Below are positions 46,192 through 55,138 of a stretch of 64,000 nucleotides of DNA, piece by piece. Source of the stretch: a bacterium BMS3Abin08 (GTDB lineage Bacteria; Nitrospirota; Thermodesulfovibrionia; Thermodesulfovibrionales; JdFR-85); contig BDTA01000058.1 of assembly GCA_002897935.1 (NCBI GenBank), forward strand, positions 5,486 to 69,485. The letters run 5' to 3'. The notes beneath the pieces were generated by a model. The model did no database searches. It was not told the DNA's origin and worked only from the letters and a program-made list of their open reading frames with translations. Position 1 is the stretch's first letter. Each line of letters begins with the position of its first letter. The position numbers were made by a program, and so were the translations under genes.

Positions 46192-46368
46192 CTACATCTC
46201 CTTACCTGCCTCCTCAACATTCTCATAGCATCTCTTCTTCTCTTCCTCGGTCAGGCTGGAAGGATCTCTCAGATCTGACAGCCTGCATATGAACTCCTTC
46301 CCTGATTTGTCCTTTACAACTATAAACTGGGTTGCTGTTGATTCTGTTACCTCGGGTTTCTTCTCCAT
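46192..46368 (-). CDS. 58-aa hypothetical protein (below the ORF-track length cutoff)
   Basis: Strong RBS ggagggtgat before the ATG at 46368. Sequence: MEKKPEVTESTATQFIVVKDKSGKEFICRLSDLRDPSSLTEEEKKRCYENVEEAGKEM. A strong terminator follows. Confidence 0.5.
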   Translation of the reverse strand: MEKKPEVTESTATQFIVVKDKSGKEFICRLSDLRDPSSLTEEEKKRCYENVEEAGKEM

Positions 46369-46443
46369 ATCACCCTCCTTACATATAGCATAAATTTGAA
46401 TAACAAACCCTGATATTTTACCTTACACAAACAAAAATGTTTC

Positions 46444-46469
46444 AGGCAAGGCCCGTACGGGCCTTGCCT
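46444..46469 (-). terminator. rho-independent terminator after the UPF0324-like transporter gene
   Basis: aggcaaggccc-gtac-gggccttgcct has an 11-bp stem. On the minus strand it is followed by gaaacatttttgtttg. Confidence 0.6.
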
Positions 46470-46488
46470 TTATAATACAATATTCGAT

Positions 46489-48090
46489 CTATTGGACAAA
46501 CCCTGCTATATTCGGCAACTGCATCCCGTGGTGGAAGAGGTACGCAATAATCATGGCAATCGGGATTATGAAGAAGAAAAGGGAAATAAAATAGACCCAG
46601 ACCATCTTGCCGAATTTTGCTTCTGCGAGCTTCCTGAAGTCCGTAATGATACCGAGACTCATGAATGTCAGCATGAAGAAGAGCTTCCTCATAGGTCCTT
46701 CAACCGGTACTGCACCAGCCTTTACCGTCTTAAGGTAAGGCATGGCTTCAGGTGCGCCACCCTGCCCCGGGCCGAAGTACAGGGCAAGCAGGAAGAACCA
46801 GCAGAAGAAGTACCCAAGGACGAATTTAGGGAATCTGTGCCAGACCTCCGAGGCAGGCACTTTCTCCCCCGGCCGTCGTTCTATCTTGTAAACCCAGACC
46901 AACGCCAGCACAAAGGCCCAGATCCCGATGAACATGTCAATCCAAACCTTGGTCATAACAGCACTTGCAGTGATAATACCGGCTGGCCATTTGATTGCGC
47001 CGTTTGATTCGACCTCGATCTTATTACGCATAAATTCATCCAGCAACTCTCCGGCGGCAGCGTCGGCACCATCCGTCTTGACCGACATACCCATGGCAGC
47101 TCCGGCGACAATCGGATCAGCCGTTCCGGGCCATACATGGGTGAAGAACGCGGGAAGGATAACAAGCTCTATAACCGCCCATACCACAACAAGAGCGGAT
47201 ACCATGATGGAGACAACCGGTTTAGCACGCACTGCACCACCTGTGGCCACAGCAGCAGAGACACCGCAGATGGAGATTCCGGAGCCAAGAACAGCGGCCG
47301 TCTTACGTGGAAGTTTGAACAACTTTCTTGATATCAGGTATACAATCGGCCAAAATATCATATAGGCCACTATGGTTGCCGCAGCGCCTGCAACAAAGAG
47401 GTCAAACGTCAGCCCTGCAGCCTCTTTACCCAGCTTGTGAGAAAAACCGGCAAGTTTGATAGGCAGGTAACCAAGCTTGACACCCAGTGTAACGATCGCC
47501 GTCTTGATATACCATTCCGGTTTTGCCGCCTCGCTCAGGTAATTCGCAAAGGGTTTGAAGAAGTTGCCGATTATCAGGCCGACAATCAACGCAAGGATAA
47601 ATGAGCCACCTCCACCGAGGGAGAGGGCAAATTTCAGCCCGTACTTATTCATGTTGATCTTGTTGGCTGCGATGAAGGCATGATGACCAACAAACCACGT
47701 GGCGATCGTCATAAAATAAATGATTGTCCAGCCGACAAAAAACCTCTTCAGATTCCACTTCATGAATGCCGCGCCAATGCAGGTAGCAATGGTAAATGCA
47801 ACATATGTCCAAATTATACTCCACCATCCAAGACCCGAATAAAAACCCTTGGCTGTAATACTGGTTTTCTTACCGATTGCGTAAAAGGCATGGCCAATAG
47901 CACCTTTGCCTCCTTCAGGAACGTTAGCAACCCATTTTGTAGGATAAGTAAGAAAACCAACAACATCAATCCCCGCTAAATTTAGAAGCCCCAGGAAGAA
48001 GAAGCCGACACCGAGCCAGACGGCCCACCAGTCCTCCTGAGTCAGCATTCCTGTGTACCATTTCCTGTTTGTTAGGTCAGCCATTAACAC
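46489..48090 (-). CDS. enlarged UPF0324/YeiH-like ('putative sulfate exporter family') membrane transporter
   Basis: 533 aa with at least 12 hydrophobic helices. GSGISICGVSAAVATGGAV resembles the G-x-SICG-x-SA motif of the UPF0324 family. It is about 180 aa longer than typical YeiH. Confidence 0.5.
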   Translation of the reverse strand: MLMADLTNRKWYTGMLTQEDWWAVWLGVGFFFLGLLNLAGIDVVGFLTYPTKWVANVPEGGKGAIGHAFYAIGKKTSITAKGFYSGLGWWSIIWTYVAFTIATCIGAAFMKWNLKRFFVGWTIIYFMTIATWFVGHHAFIAANKINMNKYGLKFALSLGGGGSFILALIVGLIIGNFFKPFANYLSEAAKPEWYIKTAIVTLGVKLGYLPIKLAGFSHKLGKEAAGLTFDLFVAGAAATIVAYMIFWPIVYLISRKLFKLPRKTAAVLGSGISICGVSAAVATGGAVRAKPVVSIMVSALVVVWAVIELVILPAFFTHVWPGTADPIVAGAAMGMSVKTDGADAAAGELLDEFMRNKIEVESNGAIKWPAGIITASAVMTKVWIDMFIGIWAFVLALVWVYKIERRPGEKVPASEVWHRFPKFVLGYFFCWFFLLALYFGPGQGGAPEAMPYLKTVKAGAVPVEGPMRKLFFMLTFMSLGIITDFRKLAEAKFGKMVWVYFISLFFFIIPIAMIIAYLFHHGMQLPNIAGFVQ

Positions 48091-48149
48091 CTCCCTTGTT
48101 AAGGTTAAACGTTAAATTTTAAAGAGTTATGTCGGTTCCGGCATCCTCA

Positions 48150-48395
48150 TCACCCCTCCACCACCAGTACTCTGTTAAAATAATGCTGGGCGTACTGGCG
48201 GATCCACTGGGGGATGGTAGAGTTATCAAAAAGCATCCGCACCTCGGTCTTCTGACCATTTTTAACGAGACCTTCCCTCCTCACGAATTCCCTGACCTCG
48301 GCATCTATACCATCCAGCGTTGGAGATGCAAGCCTCAGGTCCCCCTTCTCCACTACCCAGTTCCTGCCGTCATGTCTTATCACCATATCTATCAT
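48150..48395 (-). CDS. 81-aa soluble hypothetical protein (DUF1902/HicB-like N-terminal fold suspected)
   Basis: MVIRHDGRNWVVEKGDLRLASPTLDGIDAEVREFV resembles the beta-strand-rich HicB/DUF1902 N-terminus. No HicA-like partner is present. Confidence 0.35.
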   Translation of the reverse strand: MIDMVIRHDGRNWVVEKGDLRLASPTLDGIDAEVREFVRREGLVKNGQKTEVRMLFDNSTIPQWIRQYAQHYFNRVLVVEG

Positions 48396-48401
48396 AACGG
48401 T

Positions 48402-48602
48402 TCAATGTAAGACTGAGGTTGGAACAAGAAACAGACCGATTATCAGGGCAACGACAGCAATAACCAAGGACCACGCAACAAGTTTGGTCTCGATAGGATC
48501 CCAGGGCTCAGCACCTGCAAGGACATCATCTACTTCAAGTGCAGCTCCTGTTAATGACCCTGTTCCTGAAACCTCTTTTTTTTCCTCATTTGCATCAGCC
48601 AT
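48402..48602 (-). CDS. 66-aa single-pass membrane protein, acidic N-terminus
   Basis: MADANEEKKEVSGTGS...WDPIETKLVAWSLVIAVVALIIGLFLV. First gene downstream of the sigma-54 promoter. The RBS is aaggaggtaagaatg. Confidence 0.5.
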   Translation of the reverse strand: MADANEEKKEVSGTGSLTGAALEVDDVLAGAEPWDPIETKLVAWSLVIAVVALIIGLFLVPTSVLH

Positions 48603-48686
48603 TCTTACCTCCTTTCAGGATTGTTTTAAAAAAAACAAACTTCAAACATCACCCCCTTTCTTTAATTTTAGTCCGGGATAAATAAG

Positions 48687-48702
48687 AGCAATAGACATGC
48701 CA
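48687..48702 (-). promoter_or_regulatory. sigma-54 (-24/-12) promoter
   Basis: The reverse complement reads TGGCATGTCTATTGCT, matching TGGCAC-N5-TTGCW with correct GG/GC spacing. It lies about 85 nt upstream of the ATG at 48602. Confidence 0.7.
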
Positions 48703-48749
48703 GGAAAGGGGTATTGAAAGGATTATTAAATTTAATCACGAAGTGGCTA

Positions 48750-48770
48750 ATCTAAAAGGAAATTTTAGAT
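48750..48770. promoter_or_regulatory. palindrome ATCTAAAA-N5-TTTTAGAT upstream of the sigma-54 promoter (candidate activator or IHF site)
   Basis: 8-bp perfect arms read directly. A second dyad, TGCA-N10-TGCA, is at 48809-48826. Confidence 0.3.
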
Positions 48771-48848
48771 CAACAGGATTTTGCTATACGATCGGTTGGC
48801 CAGTAATGTGCAAAAACAGTATTGCAGTCTGTTTAAAGCCTCTTGCAC

Positions 48849-50240
48849 TCACCGGAAGTCTTTCGAATCTATCCCGTACTTTCTCATCAGGTGCTGAATT
48901 GACTGCCGTTCAAGTTCAGCCATCCGTGCGGCATGAGTCACATTGCCTGAGGTCTTCTTGAGAAGATGCCTGATATAGTTCACGGTAAAATGCTCAAGGA
49001 CCCTGTTTCGAGCCGTCTTATAATCCATCGACATGGTTTCACAGGAGACACCACCGGTGAAATGCCCAAACTGAGTTGTATCCTCAAAGGCATCCCTGTC
49101 TATAATGGACCCTTTTGAAAAGATAACGGCCCTCTTTATTGTATTCTGAAGCTCCCGGACATTTCCCCTCCACTCTCTGACCTTAAGATAATCCAGGGCG
49201 TCCCGGGAAAAACCCGTTATACTCTTGCCGTACTCAAGGGCGTACTCTATAAGGAAATGCTCTGCAAGGAGAGGAATATCATCAACCCGATCATTTAAAG
49301 AGGGCATCCTTACGGTAATCACATTCAACCTGTAATAGAGATCGTCTCTGAACTGGCCATCTTCAATCTTCCTCTCAATCTCCTGGTTCGTTGAAGCGAT
49401 GACCCTTACATTCACCTTCACACTCGCTGTATCCCCAAGGGGTTTGAACTCCTTTTCCTGAAGAACCCTGAGGAGTTTACTCTGAACGGAGAGAGGGATA
49501 TCTCCGATCTCATCGAGGAAGAGCGTTCCGCCATCGGCCGCCTCAAAGAGGCCCTTTCTGTCGCTGACGGCAGAGGTAAAGGCCCCCTTCCTGTAGCCGA
49601 AGAGTTCACTTTCGAGGATGGACTCGGGGATGGCAGGGCAGTTCACAGCGATAAAGGGTCCCTTCGATCGTCTGCTGAAACGGTGGGTCGTTCGGGCAGC
49701 CAGTTCCTTGCCGGTCCCGGTCTCTCCTGTAATCAGGACGGTCTCACCCGTCTCTGCAATGGTCCTGATCCTGTCAAGAAGGTTGGCCATCACATCACTC
49801 TCACCAATCAACTCCCTCTTCAGGGAGGCATACTTCACGCGTTCTTCGAGAAAACGCTTCTCTTTAAGAACCCTCCTGTACTCCAGCGCCCTCTTTAACG
49901 TATGGATTAACCTCTCGTTATCTACCGGTTTGGTCAGGAAATCATAGGCACCCTTCTTTAGTGCCTCAACAGCAAGATCCACCGTCCCGTATCCTGTCAG
50001 TATGATCACGATGAGGTCGCTGTCAATCTTCCTGAGATCCTCGAGCAGGGCGATCCCGTCTTTCCCCGGCATCTTCACGTCGGTGATCACCACATCAACC
50101 CCATCACCGGATATAGCGCCAACGGCATCCCTCCCCCTCGTCACCCCCACCACCTGTACATTCAGTTCAGTTGAAAGAAGTCTTTCAAGGAATACAAGCA
50201 TATCCTTTTTATCATCCACAACAAGGACTTTTTCAGACAT
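48849..50240 (-). CDS. NtrC-family sigma-54-dependent response regulator
   Basis: 463 aa. Receiver (VLVVDDKKD...ITDVKMPGKDG), AAA+ domain (GETGTGKE, GAFTSA, FLDEIGDIP) and HTH (GNVTHAARMAELERQSIQHLMRKYG). Confidence 0.9.
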   Translation of the reverse strand: MSEKVLVVDDKKDMLVFLERLLSTELNVQVVGVTRGRDAVGAISGDGVDVVITDVKMPGKDGIALLEDLRKIDSDLIVIILTGYGTVDLAVEALKKGAYDFLTKPVDNERLIHTLKRALEYRRVLKEKRFLEERVKYASLKRELIGESDVMANLLDRIRTIAETGETVLITGETGTGKELAARTTHRFSRRSKGPFIAVNCPAIPESILESELFGYRKGAFTSAVSDRKGLFEAADGGTLFLDEIGDIPLSVQSKLLRVLQEKEFKPLGDTASVKVNVRVIASTNQEIERKIEDGQFRDDLYYRLNVITVRMPSLNDRVDDIPLLAEHFLIEYALEYGKSITGFSRDALDYLKVREWRGNVRELQNTIKRAVIFSKGSIIDRDAFEDTTQFGHFTGGVSCETMSMDYKTARNRVLEHFTVNYIRHLLKKTSGNVTHAARMAELERQSIQHLMRKYGIDSKDFR

Positions 50241-52197
50241 GACCGCTCCTCACGCCCCTTTCCATAGGCAGAGAGACCGTAAAGGTGCTGCCTCTGCCGA
50301 CCTCGGATTCAACAATAATATCGCCATGGTGTTCCTTTACTATACCATAGCTTACTGAAAGACCGAGCCCCGTCCCTTCCCCGGGCTCCTTCGTTGTAAA
50401 GAAGGGTTCAAATATCCTTCCCCTGATCTCCTCCGGGATACCCACGCCGTTGTCCCGCACAGAAATGAAAATCCGGGACGGAGACTTATTGCAGTTGCTT
50501 TCTATCATTATCTCCCCACCGGGAGAGACTGCCTGTATGGCGTTCACTATAATATTCATAAAGACCTGTCTCATCTTTTCCCGGTCAAGCATCACCTCAG
50601 GCACAGAGGATGAGTACTTTCTTGCTATATCAACCCCCTTCGCCTCAACTTGATAGGAAAGCATCTCTACAACCCCGTCAACCAGCCTGTGAATATCGAG
50701 CAATTCAGGACGTGTTTCAGTGCGGCGTGAAAACTTCAGCAGGTCCTCAACTATCCGTTTACATGTCTCCGCGTTCCGGCTGATCACCCCTATATCCGAT
50801 CTTACGCCGTCTTTTTCTCTTAGTTCTTTCATCAGTATCCCGGAGTACCCGAGGATAATCCCCAAGGGGTTGTTAAGCTCATGAGCAAGCCCGGCAGCAA
50901 GCTGGCCTATGGATGCTAAACGGTCTGCCTCCTTTAGCCGGTCCTGTACCCTCTTCCACTCACTGATATCCTTTACGATCGCCTCGAACCCACATATCTC
51001 TCCATCATCACTCCTCCGGAAATTTGCTGTAATAAGTACGTCTATCAACCCGCCGTCAATACCCCTCAGTTGTGTCTCGTAGTCTTTAACAAAGCCTACA
51101 TTCTTCATCCTGTCGAGGAAGTCGGTATAATCATCCTTATTGATAAAGATGTCATAGAACGTCTTATGCCGGATCAGGTTTGACTTGTCTTCACATCCAA
51201 AGAGTTCGAGCCCTGCAGGATTAACGTCCTGGATAAATCCTTCACAGTCGGCAATCAGTATCGTGTCCTTCGAGCCTTCAAAAATACGCCTGTATTTCAA
51301 CTCGGAACCCTTCATTTTATCCTGTGAGTTCTTCAGATAAGCCATCATTCGGTTGAATGCCTCGGCCAGTTCACCGATCTCGTCTTTACTCGCGACCTCA
51401 ACCCTCGTATCGAGGTCTTTCTCGCCCTTGACGACAGACTTGAAAAACCTGCTTACATCCTTTATCGGTTTTACAGCAACGATATTTATGTAGTAGTTCA
51501 CCGAAAGAAAGAGGAATACAACTCCCACAATCCCGGTCAGAAAAATAGAGAAGACCAGTCCCTTGATCTGCAGAAAGGCCTCGTCTATGGGGATTGCAAT
51601 GGACTCGACTCCGATGATTTCTCCGGCGGTTCTGTAAAACCCCCCTTTTTTGCCATACAACCTGACAAGGGATACCGGCGCATTAGCAGGATCCCCGTGG
51701 CATAAAAGACATTCCTTCTCTATAACTATCGGGCGGGCCTGTATAAAGTATCTCTTTCCATTCTGCTTTACCACTTCCCGTATTTTCTCAATTTTTTTAT
51801 TCCTGAAGAGCCCTATGTATCGCAAATCGAGCTTATTCGGGCTGTTCCGGGGGTTCATCGGGTTGATTGCCACCCTCCGGTATTCAAAATCGGGGAAGGA
51901 CTTCTTGAACTCCGACATAATTCCCTTGTTCATGAACGAAACCGACATGGCTTCGGGGATAAAAGAATCTTCCGGCAGGATATGAAACAGCTTGGGACGC
52001 ACCTGTTTTCTAATATATTGAACCGTTGCCTGTATATGAGAAAAGAGGATATCTGTCTTTTCATAAGTCTGGTTGATGCTTGTATCCTTTAGATTGAAAT
52101 AAATGAGGACGTTGAAGAGGCACCAGAAAAAGATAACGATAAAACCGATTCCAAGAAAGAACTTGGTGGTGAGGCTCATGTCTCTGAGGGGTTTCAT
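50233..52197 (-). CDS. sensor histidine kinase with extracytoplasmic c-type haem-binding (CxxCH, DUF3365/Tll0287-like) sensor domain, HAMP, PAS, HisKA, HATPase_c
   Basis: 654 aa. TM1 [22 protein letters not shown], then about 190 aa containing [13 protein letters not shown], then TM2 [19 protein letters not shown]-box [11 protein letters not shown]-box GTGLGLS. Confidence 0.8.
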   Translation of the reverse strand: MKPLRDMSLTTKFFLGIGFIVIFFWCLFNVLIYFNLKDTSINQTYEKTDILFSHIQATVQYIRKQVRPKLFHILPEDSFIPEAMSVSFMNKGIMSEFKKSFPDFEYRRVAINPMNPRNSPNKLDLRYIGLFRNKKIEKIREVVKQNGKRYFIQARPIVIEKECLLCHGDPANAPVSLVRLYGKKGGFYRTAGEIIGVESIAIPIDEAFLQIKGLVFSIFLTGIVGVVFLFLSVNYYINIVAVKPIKDVSRFFKSVVKGEKDLDTRVEVASKDEIGELAEAFNRMMAYLKNSQDKMKGSELKYRRIFEGSKDTILIADCEGFIQDVNPAGLELFGCEDKSNLIRHKTFYDIFINKDDYTDFLDRMKNVGFVKDYETQLRGIDGGLIDVLITANFRRSDDGEICGFEAIVKDISEWKRVQDRLKEADRLASIGQLAAGLAHELNNPLGIILGYSGILMKELREKDGVRSDIGVISRNAETCKRIVEDLLKFSRRTETRPELLDIHRLVDGVVEMLSYQVEAKGVDIARKYSSSVPEVMLDREKMRQVFMNIIVNAIQAVSPGGEIMIESNCNKSPSRIFISVRDNGVGIPEEIRGRIFEPFFTTKEPGEGTGLGLSVSYGIVKEHHGDIIVESEVGRGSTFTVSLPMERGVRSGHV

Positions 52198-52481
52198 GAC
52201 AAAGTTACACGTCAGGGATTTTGCGTTATTTGCGTTACCGGATAACCTGCTAAGAATACCATAGAGTGAAGCTCCCCGGCCAAAGACCGGGGCATTCAGT
52301 CGGCATCCTCGTAAAAAGACATCCAGTGTCTGTTTATCTCATTGCGGGCTCGACCCGGAATCAGGTCTTGTCGCTCCGGGTCCCCGCTCCCGGATCAAAA
52401 TCGTCGCGAGGCATAGCAATAATGACGAATGGGATCTGCAACAACGAACAAGCAGACTTAACTTGTGAATTTATCAGTAGT

Positions 52482-52684
52482 CAAAATTGATACACTCGTA
52501 ATAAATCAGAAATACCCTATTCTGTCATTCTGAATCCCGAATTAACTTCGGGAAATCTATATAAATCAAGAAGTTATGAGACCCTGAAACAATACTGAAT
52601 CAAGTTCAGCACATGGTTCAGAGCCTGCCCTGAATTTATTTCAGGGGTGACAATCAGGACTTTTTACGAGTGCATCAAAATTGA
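52482..52684. mobile_element. family-B MITE-like element (long variant)
   Basis: CAAAATT-gatacactcgtaataaa ... ctttttacgagtgcat-CAAAATT. It is the reverse complement of the qmoB-qmoC copy plus an extra cctgaa..ttcagg module of about 50 bp. Confidence 0.7.
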
Positions 52685-52687
52685 TAT

Positions 52688-52827
52688 TCCGGTAAAAAGT
52701 CGTCATTCCCGAGAAAGCGGGAACCCGGAAAGCGTGTAACTATTTGAAATAACTGGATTCCCGTTTCCACGGGAATGACAAAAAACACTTTTTCAGATTT
52801 TTCCGACTTTTTATGAGAATATCAAAA
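52688..52827. mobile_element. family-B-related element abutting the previous one and the pheS stop codon
   Basis: Starts right after the shared CAAAATT (gatattccggtaaaaagtcg) and ends cgactttttatgagaatat-CAAAACT. The interior has cccgagaaagcggg and cccgtttccacggg hairpins. Confidence 0.55.
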
Positions 52828-53886
52828 CTGTTTTAAGAACCGAAGGCCATTTTCAAAGAAGAGCCTTATATCATCTATGCCGTATTTGAGCATTGTGAGC
52901 CTTTCAACTCCCATGCCAAAGGCAAACCCCGTATATTTCTCGGTATCGTAGTTCACGGCTTCAAATACCCTGGGGTGAACCATACCTGACCCGAGGACTT
53001 CAAGCCACCCGGTTCCTTTACAGACCCTGCACCCCTGTCCTCCGCAAAGGATACATCCAATATCCACCTCAGCCGACGGTTCCGTGAAGGGGAAATAACT
53101 GGGCCTGAATCTCACAGGAGTATCAGGGCCAAAGAGGTTGTGGATAAAAACCTCAAGAATTCCCTTCAGGTGGGCAAAGGTGATATCCTCTCCAACCATC
53201 AGGCCCTCAACCTGATGGAACATCGGTGTGTGAGAAACATCGGCATCACACCTGTAGACCTTACCGGGGGCAATAACACGGAATGGGGGATTTCTCCGCT
53301 CCATTACCCTGATCTGGACAGGTGAGGTATGGGTCCTCAGCACCACATCGCTTTCAAATGTATACTCCATACCGGGGGTGCTGTCCCCGACCCCTGTCTC
53401 TACATAGAAGGTATCCTGCATGTCCCTGGCAGGATGATCCTTTGGTATGTTCAGCGCCTCAAAATTATAGTAATCAAGTTCAACCTCGGGACCTTCTTCA
53501 ACTGTAAATCCCATGAAGGTAAAAATATCGATAATTTCTTCAAGAACCTGATTAACCGGATGGATTGTGCCTGGTTGAATATATTTACCGGGAAGGGTTA
53601 TATCGAGGGATTCCGAGGCGACCTTTTCCACCATATCCCTCTCGGATAATGCTGCCTCCAGCCTTTCGATCTCTTCTTCAACAAACCTCTTCAGTTCATT
53701 GATCTCTTTCCCGGCCTCCGGACGTTCCTCCTTCGGCAGCAACGAAAGGGACCTGAGTTGTTGGGTCAGCAATCCCTTCTTACCCAGATACCTGACCTTT
53801 AAGTCCCTTAGTTGCCGGAGTGTATTTAAACCTTTCAAATCAGACAGGAAGCCGTCCCTGAGCCCCTTTATATCTTCCATTACCAT
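52822..53886 (-). CDS. pheS: phenylalanine--tRNA ligase alpha subunit
   Basis: 354 aa. Contains [16 protein letters not shown] and [18 protein letters not shown]. Confidence 0.9.
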   Translation of the reverse strand: MVMEDIKGLRDGFLSDLKGLNTLRQLRDLKVRYLGKKGLLTQQLRSLSLLPKEERPEAGKEINELKRFVEEEIERLEAALSERDMVEKVASESLDITLPGKYIQPGTIHPVNQVLEEIIDIFTFMGFTVEEGPEVELDYYNFEALNIPKDHPARDMQDTFYVETGVGDSTPGMEYTFESDVVLRTHTSPVQIRVMERRNPPFRVIAPGKVYRCDADVSHTPMFHQVEGLMVGEDITFAHLKGILEVFIHNLFGPDTPVRFRPSYFPFTEPSAEVDIGCILCGGQGCRVCKGTGWLEVLGSGMVHPRVFEAVNYDTEKYTGFAFGMGVERLTMLKYGIDDIRLFFENGLRFLKQF

Positions 53887-53889
53887 AGA

Positions 53890-54249
53890 TTATGCAGCAA
53901 GTGCCTGCTTTGCCTTTTCAACGAGTTCACCAAATGTATTGGGATCACTGTAGGCAATTTCAGCGAGAACCTTCCTGTCAAGGCCGATTTCAGCCTTCTT
54001 TAGGCCACAGATAAACTCACCATAGGTCATACCGGCCTGCCTTGCTGCAGCATTAATCCTTATTATCCAGAGACGCCTGAAATCACGCTTCTTTGCCCTT
54101 CTGTCCCTGTAGGCATCCTGCAGTGCATGTTCAACGGCCTGTTTTGCAACCTTGTAACATCTGCTTCTGGCCCCGTAAAAACCGCTGGCCATCTTGAGGA
54201 CTTTCTTCCTCCTTCTTCTTGTCTTGAAACCACCCTTTGCCCTTGGCAT
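53890..54249 (-). CDS. rplT: 50S ribosomal protein L20
   Basis: 119 aa. Contains [26 protein letters not shown]. Confidence 0.95.
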   Translation of the reverse strand: MPRAKGGFKTRRRRKKVLKMASGFYGARSRCYKVAKQAVEHALQDAYRDRRAKKRDFRRLWIIRINAAARQAGMTYGEFICGLKKAEIGLDRKVLAEIAYSDPNTFGELVEKAKQALAA

Positions 54250-54364
54250 TTTATAAAACCTCCTTATATCTCCATCTCTGTATCTCTGTGTTAAGCATTA
54301 CACATCGAGGGTCGAACATCCGGCATCTAAATCTAAGACAACATCAGGCATCAAACTTTAAACA

Positions 54365-54562
54365 CTATCCATACGGCATCATCTTCTTAATGGACTTCTC
54401 CTGGGTCTTATCCACTGTATCGCCCTGTCTGAGCCTCCTTGTCCTCTTTGCGGGCTTCCCTGTGAGGAGATGGCTCTTGTTTGCCTTCCATCTCTTAACC
54501 TTACCTGTTCCGGTTATCTTGAATCTCTTTGCTGCACCTCTATGGGTCTTCATCTTCGGCAT
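54365..54562 (-). CDS. rpmI: 50S ribosomal protein L35
   Basis: 65 aa. Contains [21 protein letters not shown]. Confidence 0.95.
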   Translation of the reverse strand: MPKMKTHRGAAKRFKITGTGKVKRWKANKSHLLTGKPAKRTRRLRQGDTVDKTQEKSIKKMMPYG

Positions 54563-54583
54563 CTTTCCTCCTTCCTCCCTAAA

Positions 54584-55078
54584 CTACTTTGGTGATACAA
54601 CCATTATTATGCTTTTACCCTGAAGTTTTGGTTTAGCCTCTATATTATACTGGTCACCAAGCCGTTCGATAATCTTCTCAAACACCTGCATGCCAAGTTC
54701 AGGCCTCACAATCTCCCTTCCCCTGAAAAAGAGAGAGACCTTTACCTTGTGCCCGCTATCCAGAAACCGGATGGTATTCCTGATCTTCAGTTCAAGGTCA
54801 TGATCACCTATACGTGGCCTGACCTTTATCTCTTTGACGTCAACCGTCTTCCGGTGGGAGTGTTTCTTGTTCTGCTGGTACTTGAACTTACCGTAATCAA
54901 GGATTTTACAGACCGGGGGCTTTGCCTGTGGAGCTACTTCCACCAGGTCAAGCTCTCGTTCCTCAGCCTTCTTGAGGGCTTCTGAAATTGGAACAACCCC
55001 GACCTGTTGGCCATCTACATCGACAAGCCTCACCTCTCTTGCTCGAATAAACCTGTTTACCCGGTATTTCTGTGCTAT
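54584..55078 (-). CDS. infC: translation initiation factor IF-3, non-canonical ATA start
   Basis: The track ORF starts at an internal GTG (55033). The in-frame upstream codons encode IAQKYRVNRFIRAREV, the conserved IF-3 N-terminus. The ATA at 55078-55076 is 7 nt after GGAGG. Confidence 0.8.
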   Translation of the reverse strand: MAQKYRVNRFIRAREVRLVDVDGQQVGVVPISEALKKAEERELDLVEVAPQAKPPVCKILDYGKFKYQQNKKHSHRKTVDVKEIKVRPRIGDHDLELKIRNTIRFLDSGHKVKVSLFFRGREIVRPELGMQVFEKIIERLGDQYNIEAKPKLQGKSIIMVVSPK

Positions 55079-55138
55079 AACACCACCTCCTGAACAGTTA
55101 TTAATTGTCTTCTTTTCATTATGAAGACTGCTTCGGAT

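Noticed and set aside
48150-48395. 81-aa protein as a HicB antitoxin of a HicAB pair
   Set aside because: No HicA-like small basic ORF is adjacent. The gene is embedded in a sigma-54 transporter operon, and the similarity is only a loose N-terminal pattern recalled from memory.
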